This document shows, piece by piece, positions 55,677 through 64,000 of a stretch of DNA of 64,000 bases. The stretch's first letter is position 1. The number at the start of each line of letters is the position of its first letter. The notes beneath the pieces were generated by a model. The model made no database searches, was not told the origin of the DNA, and was given only the letters and a program-made list of their open reading frames with translations. The stretch is from Balanoglossus misakiensis (taxonomy: Eukaryota; Animalia; Hemichordata): positions 5,364,209-5,428,208 of the forward strand of contig CM082592.2 of the NCBI GenBank assembly GCA_040954595.2. The letters run 5' to 3'. The position numbers and the translations under genes were made by a program.

Positions 55677-56679
55677 CTAGGCTTCTGGATCTTGGATTGG
55701 TCGCTGCTGGTCATCGTTAATGCTGCGCTTGCGTATCAAATGCCGGTAATTCTCGGGTCTGAACACGGCGTCTGCGTTGTTGAAAAACGGGTGATTGGCG
55801 TCGATCTCGGGCAGGTCTTCGGGTAACTTAATCTTGACCAAACCTGGCATTAGGAACTCTTCTGCTGGCCTCAAATTCCAGTCTGGTAGAGGTATCTGAA
55901 ATAAAATGATAATCCCGTTTATTGGGGAAAAAATATGGAAGGATGAATTCAGATGTAATCACGTGAAAGTAGTGTTTCCAGAAAATATCCACTTACTTTG
56001 AACTTTGGTTCGCAGGGACCTGGAAGTGTTCTCTTACCCGATTTTATTCATCAGTTATCTCATAAGAAGTTGCATTCAAGGGATTGTATTTTAATACGCG
56101 ATGAATACTCATTCCCACTTGGCAACAGGTTGGACTAAACACCGTTGGCTATAAATCATTTAAACTTGTTTTCATTTTTAGGCTAGGGCGCGGTAATTTC
56201 TTTGCAATACTGTGAGTGTTGTGTTTATCGTTGGAATATTTCATATTTTTTGTCTACAAATGTCTTGTGATCGGTAGAGGATGATAGCGTAAATAACGAT
56301 TGTCGATTTTTCTGCCTACATTTTAAGGATTCATTGGACGTGTGGCGATGTTTCGATCCGCTAGGTCATCCTCACCTTAATTTATAAGCAAATATTTTCA
56401 TTTCATACATGTTTTACTGGGACAACTTCGACAAACGGATTGACTTACACCATTTCCCAGGTTTAGAGTCGGATTTTGCGCATCCTGGCCTTCGTCTGCG
56501 CTGCTCCCTTCTTCGGCACCCGGCGTTGTGACTGTGCCATCGCTTCCGTCGGGGGCTGTCGAGGTCGCTGTATCGCCGCGACCGGCGCCCGGTAAAGCTT
56601 GGTCCTCCTTAGCATTATCCGCAGAAACACCGAGGAACACCAAGGCCAGAAGAAATCCCGCTGCACCAAGTAATTGCAT
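55677..56679 (-). CDS. Orphan secreted protein or peptide precursor, 149 aa, 2 exons
   Basis: Exon 1 56449-56679 (signal peptide MQLLGAAGFLLALVFLGVSA, acidic G/A/T-rich region, GTAAGT donor). Exon 2 55677-55895 (IPLPDWNLRPAEEF..RHLIRKRSINDDQQRPIQDPEA-stop). The join is phase 0, and a TATAAAA lies upstream at 56743-56749. Confidence 0.75.
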
Positions 56680-59600
56680 GTCTTTCAGAAGTGATGTATC
56701 ACGAACACCAGTTATTAACGGCGGCTGATAACTGCGCTGTTGTTTTATAATCTGCCTGATTTGACGCGATTTTCAATCTTTTAATATAAAGGCAGATGGC
56801 ACTCGTGTCTGCAGCAGGTAGACCCAGAATGAACCAATCAAAATAGTACACATTTCACTACAATATAACTATATTAATAATGGCATATTCTGTTGGTTAT
56901 AATATTATAAATAATTCATTTTGGAACTTACGCGAACTTTTAAATCCACATTCGTGGATTGCTTAAGGCCGAATCGCCCAACCGCACAAAGTCTTCAGTA
57001 TCTGCTATCGCGTATTTCTTGAAATAATGCAATTCATTACTTGAATTCTGTAAAAAGGTGAAAATCTAATTTTAAACACAGGAGGTCAGTTGAAAACGGG
57101 AACGTGAAAACCGAGGAAAGATACAGTATTTGAAAGGCAACTAGTTAGAGAAACGCAGCAAGCTTGCTGTGATTTTAGAGTAGGCCTAGACATTTCCTGG
57201 TTGGACGATTACCAAACATTTATCAGTGTTTCGTACAAATTAAGCCCAAGTGACGCTTTCAATTGGAAAAGTACATAATTTACGGCGATCACCAGAATGA
57301 TAAAGATCTAGGGCTGAAATACACCTTTCCGCTCATTTGTTGGCAATCAGAAATATTTTCGTGAAAGTGATAAATAGTGCTATTGTCCAGCAGGTAAATT
57401 GATTTACAGCGTGTTTCCACTCATGATACTGCCCGACTTTTGCTTTTTATTATCAATTAATATATCACCAGCTGACTTCGCCCTTTTTTATTGGTACATA
57501 ATGCTTTCAACATTTACAACCCCAAATTCAGGTTGTACAAACATGATCCTAATGAGGGGTCGCGACCGGTGATATCAAAAGAACTTGCTTTTGCTTTCCG
57601 GAAAAATTCTCTGTGTTTGTGTCAGGGGTAAGAATAGTGATGTGGCGTTTCTTATTTTTTCTGTGCTAAGTTTGCCGTATGGTTTTCATGCCAAACGTAG
57701 TCTTTTTTAACCGGATTGACATACTAAGTCATAAATTTACTCCCGATAAGTATTTCACCTTGGCGTAGAAAAATCACTGTCCCACGCAACTCACGGTAGA
57801 CCGTTTTTCGAAGTCCGTTACATTTTTGCTAAAGTCATGTGCCTATTCTAGTTTCATGCGGTTATTAACCAAGCCTGGCTAGATCTCGTTGAAATTCATT
57901 TATTACATCATACATGCATGTATCACTATTTGCAGTGCATAGTGTCAAGGAGAGGATTGAACCGGTAGTTAGGATAACCAAACTGATAACATGTTACAAT
58001 AAGTCAGTATACATGTCGTAATAATGTACTTACGTATATAAAGGTGAGGGTCAGAGAAGCCCGCTCATAAAATGCCAACGTGGTCGTCTGATATTTTAAA
58101 GTTATGCCTGCTTTGAAAGGAATTCGGTAACACGGAAATTCGAAAATTTACATGCCACCAATAAAGTTGACTGTTTCTCAGGCTGACCTTGATTTTTTTC
58201 CAGGTGGTGCTAGGAATACGTGTGCACACATGTTGTTTTGCATTCAAACTCATGCGCTTTTACTGACGCAATTCATTTGTGGTATGCGCAACCAAAGAAT
58301 CTATATCCGCGTTATTGTGTGTCTTTCTGCGTCACCGGATCACCAGCTTTTGAAAATAAAAATGAAAATATTTATTGAAAAATGGTACAACTCTTTGATA
58401 CTCCGTACTACATTGGGAAATGACTAAGCCTCGAGATGCCAGTTGGAGCAAATTGTTGTAGTGGACAAGTCTTTGAAACAACTGTTTTGCTACAATGGTA
58501 TAAAGTTACCCCAGGCTCTAATAGCCAGAATAACATTTAATACTTCTCATGCAAACACACTGCCACGGAGCCACTGTCTCTTTGCTATCATCCGTGCATG
58601 CTTGTTTTAAGTTTGCACCTTGCATCAAGCAATGACTGGCAATTGGTGTTTCCTTTCAAGAAGTGTAGCATTTAATGTGTTTGACAATCGAGTGGGTATA
58701 TGGCACAACAAACACTCGTATCACCGTAATGGTTAAAAAACGGTTCAGGAATTTGTTTGTTTTACCTGTAAAACTCGAACTCAGTGGCATACTAGGTAGC
58801 GTGAATAGTTACGTAGTTAAAAAGTGCAAGGCGTTTTAATGGGTTAGTGACACATAAATCTGTTTTCTAAATACCGTTGTATATAAAACCGCCACAAATC
58901 AAATCGAAACGTATGAAGTCGGCATAACACCGGTGCCAAAAGTGAGTTTGCTGAAGCTATAGCGAATGTTCAAGTACTAACCCCCACACACTGTGGTTGA
59001 ATTATGATTGCGCTATTTTATTCTGTTGAACTCAGTATGCCGTTGGAAAGTTAGCTCTTCCTAGGCTATCGAAGTAATGTTTCATCCAGGAAAATTATTC
59101 CAGAAAAACAATGATTTGTGAAATCTGAAATGATGAAAGTACACTTTAAGGCAGCAACATGCACGGCTTTTCAGATCTGGCCGTACGCAGTCTGTGTTCA
59201 CTGGAACGTCTGCGTAAAAATCTTTTTCCCTTCTCGACTGTTGTTAGAGTGGTGCCATGGGAAGTCAGGAATGTGACAGGTGTTTTGCCATCCCTATATT
59301 TCCATGAATTTCAAGAAAAGAAGACACGCAAGCCACGTGGCAAAAACATTGGACGTTGCTCAGTACTGTTTCGTTGTGGTGGTTAAAAAACGCCTAAGAG
59401 TTTAAAAGCGACACGGCAGTCGTTTTTTATTTATCGCTTTGATTAAGTGACAGCAAAACTGTGCATTCGTGTCATCAAATTCCATTGCTGTAGATGTTGT
59501 TGACGTTGAAAACACCTGCAATAAGCTTCGAATGTAGTTGTTACTAAGAAACTTTTGACCATGGCAACACTTTGAGAATTTAAAATTTCTTCGTTCTGTT

Positions 59601-59803
59601 TTCCGTGACAGAAAGTATGTAATTAATCAAAGCATTCTCTTTGTTAATTGTATGTTGATTTCACTATAATAAATTTCAATAAAACCCGGCGGTTTTTCCA
59701 AACCCGGATTTTTTTAGTAGTACACCCGGATACATACCAACTTTTCCTGTTGGCCTCCTGCCACCAGGAAATTATTTTCGCACGTATCTTGGTCAGACTA
59801 AGG

Positions 59804-59811
59804 TATATAAA
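59804..59811 (+). promoter_or_regulatory. TATA box of the BRICHOS precursor gene
   Basis: TATATAAA about 100 bp upstream of the ATG at 59910. Confidence 0.7.
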
Positions 59812-59909
59812 TGCAGCAAGGTGCAGGGAGAAAGTCAGATTGCTATCTACCAGCATTAACTTCGTTAGCTTCATCATCTACCTGAGAAGAATCCAGTAGA
59901 GGCAGCATC

Positions 59910-61645
59910 ATGAAAACTTTGGTGATCCTCATTTCTTGCCTGTTGTTGGCCACCGTGCAATCTGCCCCTACAGAGTCAGATGCACCAAAGGTATTCCTTT
60001 AAACCATCTATTTCGTTTTCTGAATTTTCTCAGCTGTGAGAAGATCACTACCAGTTTAACAGAGTTTACTAGTAATACGTCGACCCGGTTTTGTTGTCTG
60101 TTTATATAAGTGACAGCATACTTGGATTTTTCTTCATTGCAAATGATGCGGCGCCACGTATTCGCTTTGTTGCTGAATGTATTTGAGATGATTCTGCCAA
60201 TGCGCCGCCAAGTTGTATCTTCTCCATTCCACAAGCTTTAACTTATTTATACCACACTCCTATCCCGTGTTATATTTTCTTTTCCCTGTGTAGAGTAACA
60301 CGTACTCCGTGAAAATTACTGACAATGGCGTTGAGAAGGAAGAGGAGATCACTCTTGACGAAGAGAAGAATGTGGAAATATTCAAGACTGTCGATTCCGA
60401 CGATGCTGAGATAATTGAAGATTTTGACGCGGTGGGTGACAACATACAACTTTTACTTTTAAGTTTTCTAACCGATTACATGTACATTGATTTTGTCCGC
60501 TGAACGCCTATAATATACGCTTCAAAATGTATGTTATTCAAGAATTAGCCAATTTCCAAAGAGTAATAACCAAAAATGTTAGAATTTGAGAATACTTGCA
60601 CAAAACATTAAAATAGATACAATTGTATTATCATCGAACTGAAGATAAAAACTCCGTTATAAGTGTACTGGTAAACGAGTCTTTAGCTCCACCAAAACGA
60701 TTTTTGGGGGTAAATCAGGAACATGGATTTCTTTAAAATAATTCACATTCAATTTTTTCTTTTTCTTGTTCAGGGAATTGAAGCCATAGTGCCCGCTGAT
60801 GGTCCGTGTTACGTGAAACCGTTGAAGAGTGACGAGAGTGTGCCGCCCGCACAGTTGAAAACTGATATCGAAAGCGCAAAGGTGAATGCCGTACAAATCG
60901 TTGTCATGTAGTCAACCGCCTACTGTGGCGAGTTTTGCTGTGAAAATAGACAATTTTCCGAACTCAACGAGACCCTGCGAGATCTCACGTGACTAGGCAG
61001 TTTATATGGGGGGGGGCATGCTCTTGTGACACTGGTCAAAGAACACATGGTCCATCGTGTTAAAATGACATATTTTGTGGGGGGGGGGGGGGGTTAAACC
61101 CTCCCTAGTTTGGTTTTATAAAAAGCTTGACTTGTATTTCTCGGCTAGCAATCCTTATTGGGCAACCATGTGTTGCATAGACGTAACCGTTGCTCTTTTC
61201 CTTTTTAGGAGACAACTCAGGAAGCCGAGGAAAAACCGGATGACTACTACACGCTGGCCGGCACTCCGGTCAAAAATCGCGCTGTCGTCGGTGAAACCAT
61301 CGGAGCAAAGTGTGAAGGCAGAGACATCTACTGGCTGGCGTCAGTTCCCCACGGAGATGAAAGTAGGTAGAATTTTGGAGATTTTTGGAATGTGAAATTT
61401 TGGAAGCGACATTTCTTTGTACAGTATTCCAGCACATTGTTATGCGCATGGCAGGTTGCATAAACCGACACACTGCAAATTGGCGAATGAACAACTAACT
61501 CAAGATGCTTGTGTTTTTTTTTTCTATAGGTCGAGATAAACGCGGCTGCTACTGGTACCGGTACTGCAGGTACTACTACTACCGCTGCGGGTGGGGCCTG
61601 TGTTGGTACCGTCACTGCTGGTACATCGTGCGTTGTTATTACTAA
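59910..61645 (+). CDS. Secreted BRICHOS-domain precursor (198 aa) of a 33-aa Cys/Tyr/Trp/Arg-rich C-terminal peptide
   Basis: Exons 59910-59990 (MKTLVILISCLLLATVQSAPTESDAPK), 60294-60431 (..AEIIEDFDA), 60774-60881 (GIEAIVPADGPCYVKPL..), 61209-61362 (..VGETIGAKCEGRDIYWL..) and 61530-61645 (SRDKR-GCYWYRYCRYYYYRCGWGLCWYRHCWYIVRCYY-stop). All introns are GT-AG, phases 0,0,0,1. BRICHOS hallmarks: DFxxG aspartate, CY-x-x-P and I-x-x-x-C-x-G-x-x-IYW. Confidence 0.92.
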
Positions 61646-62019
61646 GTACCGCGACTGAGATTACGTCCACGCCGATGTTCGCATGTTCCTGTACCGATGT
61701 AATTTTCAATGTTTTATTAGTCGAGAGCGCTAGCCTTAAAGATGGCAATGTGTTTTGTCACAATTGTGTATTTAGTTTAGGCTATCCTGCATGGTTTATT
61801 GCGTCTGGCAATTTTGATTTCTGCTTTTAAAGTCGGATGTATCATATCCGAAGCAAAATTCATACTGTAATTTTGATGTCTGATGTACAATATACCGGTA
61901 CCTCTCTCTCTAGGGTATATGAATGTACGTAGCACCTTTATTACTCGAAATTAATGCAACCTGTTGAAAATAAGTGGATACTACGGGTGCAGCTTTTATA
62001 TTCCACTAGTATTAAGTCA

Positions 62020-62025
62020 AATAAA
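62020..62025 (+). terminator. Polyadenylation signal AATAAA of the BRICHOS gene
   Basis: Located 375 bp after the stop and followed by a GT/T-rich element (GTGTGTCTG..TTCTTTTT). Confidence 0.65.
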
Positions 62026-64000
62026 AGTTAATGAAGGAGAAAACTGTACGTGTGTCTGAGTGGTTCTTTTTAAATCATAGATGTCGTTAGTATGTCCGGC
62101 TTTCTAACTTTTACGTTTTTGTAGACAATGTCTCTTCGTTAACATCTTTAAACTTGCCACCGGTATGAGTTTTTGTCTCTGCCACAGCTACCATGGACGT
62201 TGAGTGTAGACAATCACAACTTTTCGCGGGGTGGACACACCCTCAAGGCCAGAACAACAGTTTAAGTTTGTGTTTACATAACCCGATTCTTGGGTTAAAA
62301 ACGGGACCCGCACCAGAGTGATCCAGTAATTAAAGATAAATCGAGCCACCAAAAAAGCTTGGAACTCGTCCAACAAGGATATGTTTTTATTTTTCGGGGT
62401 TTCTCAAGTAAACAAGTATCGTCCTCTCTTACCTTGAATGAACGAACGAACGAATGAATGAAAGACTCTAAGTACAGCCCACACGAAAATATCTTCTGCC
62501 TTAGCCTGGAAGACTTCGTCTTTCTTTCTGTCCGTTTCCAAGCTCAATTTAACAAAGACAATACGAATGTGTTTTATTCTACCTGTAAACACGCCAAATC
62601 GATGTGTTTTCGAACTGTGTTAAATACATGTACGTACATTATTATAAACTACATACCACGCCCGAAATACAGAAAGTGCGCACATGCAGTGTGCCAGGTA
62701 GCGGGACCGCGGCACAGGAATTTACCTTGTTTTTTAAGTTGCGCCAGTGTACGCAGTTCAAAAATAATCCATGTGATTTATAGATTTAGTGACACAGAAA
62801 CCTATCTACCTAATACAGTGTACTGATATCGGGGTAACGATCAACTTCATAGGTAAATATTCGTAACTTCAGGGTTGACAAACGCTCGAGTTGGCACGTA
62901 AGACTAAAGCCCCAGTAGCTGGGCGTTGTTGTTGTTTGTTTGTTTTTGCATTTTTTTTCATGATTTTATTTTCAAACTTTAATAGACTGGTCCATTGAAA
63001 TGTATGCACAAACACATTACCAACCACTGAATGTGACTGTACATATCAATGCGAAATATTTAAGTAAACGGGTGTCGCACCCCTTTATTCAGCCATGCAT
63101 TGCAATAGTTTATATACAACTATAGTGGTATGATGCACATCGGTGTTAGAATCAACAGTGAAAGTTGTGTCGATCGTTTGTCGACTTAGGATAAGGGGAA
63201 AAAAGAATAATTTTATCGATTGAAAATATGCTAAAATGGGACAGCTATTTGGAGCTTTAATGAGATCTCGATGATAAAGACGTGAATGTTATGAGGTAGA
63301 TTTTAACGGTCAGACTGTTGACTTTTTACGTACAAAGAGCGTGAGAAAACTAGCCTTGACCTAAGTTAATAATTGACGGATATTTCTAATGTAGTCGTCA
63401 CTGTTGCTGCAATAGTGGCGCATAGAGGATAATGTTGTTCCGCACGGGTTAGTTGCGCATCGGGTATGATAGGACACGGAATAGTTCTTGTGTTCACACG
63501 AAAACTTTAATAATAAATAGGGTAAATGGTTTTTGCATCTGCGTTCATGTGTACATGTGTAGGCTTACACATAGCAACACTTCATTTTGCACGGGGCGTT
63601 TGCAGGTGCACGCATATAGTTCTGAAATTTGGCGAGATCGTCGACTCGTCATACACCTGACTGTGTACATCAGTACTCCAATCCTGTTATGCACGCTTAA
63701 ACGTTTGATTTGGCACGCATCTTAGGATATTTTAATTGTCGCGAATGAAGTCCCAAAGTCCCACGAACTTTCCATATGCGTTTGCGAAATATTTTGAGAA
63801 AAACGTAAAAACAAATCAAACCGTTTCGCAGAATTTCGCAATGGTGACGTGCAAATAACAGACAAAACTCAAGTAGCCATGTCAATATTGACCAATTGTT
63901 GTTTACTGTCAACTGAATCCTTCGGTCATTGCTACCATTTCAAAGAAAAGTGGGTTTACTACACCTCACGTCACCTAAAGGTGGTGGACAGGGTTTGTAC

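Overview
This is eukaryotic, intron-rich animal DNA, probably from an invertebrate bilaterian; the species cannot be determined from the sequence. The left three quarters hold three tandem minus-strand genes. These are the 5' part of GIT (ArfGAP-ankyrin-SHD scaffold, running off the left edge), a complete SPT6/SUPT6H gene of about 32 coding exons, and a gene of about 25 exons for a scaffold whose architecture I do not recognise (SAM-SAM-RA-RA-coiled coil-PDZ-coiled coil-Rab11-FIP-type RBD, ending EEFC). A CTCF-like motif and a six-unit tandem array (about 550 bp per unit, each with a long hairpin) separate these from two divergent secreted-protein genes. One is a 149-aa Cys-free orphan precursor. 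The other is the highlight and is not visible in the ORF track: a 5-exon, 198-aa signal peptide + BRICHOS + furin site (RDKR) precursor releasing the 33-aa peptide GCYWYRYCRYYYYRCGWGLCWYRHCWYIVRCYY, a candidate new BRICHOS-chaperoned antimicrobial or amyloid-type peptide. Introns carry several MITE families, minisatellites and candidate microexons. All gene models were spliced by hand and domain calls are by motif recognition, not database search.
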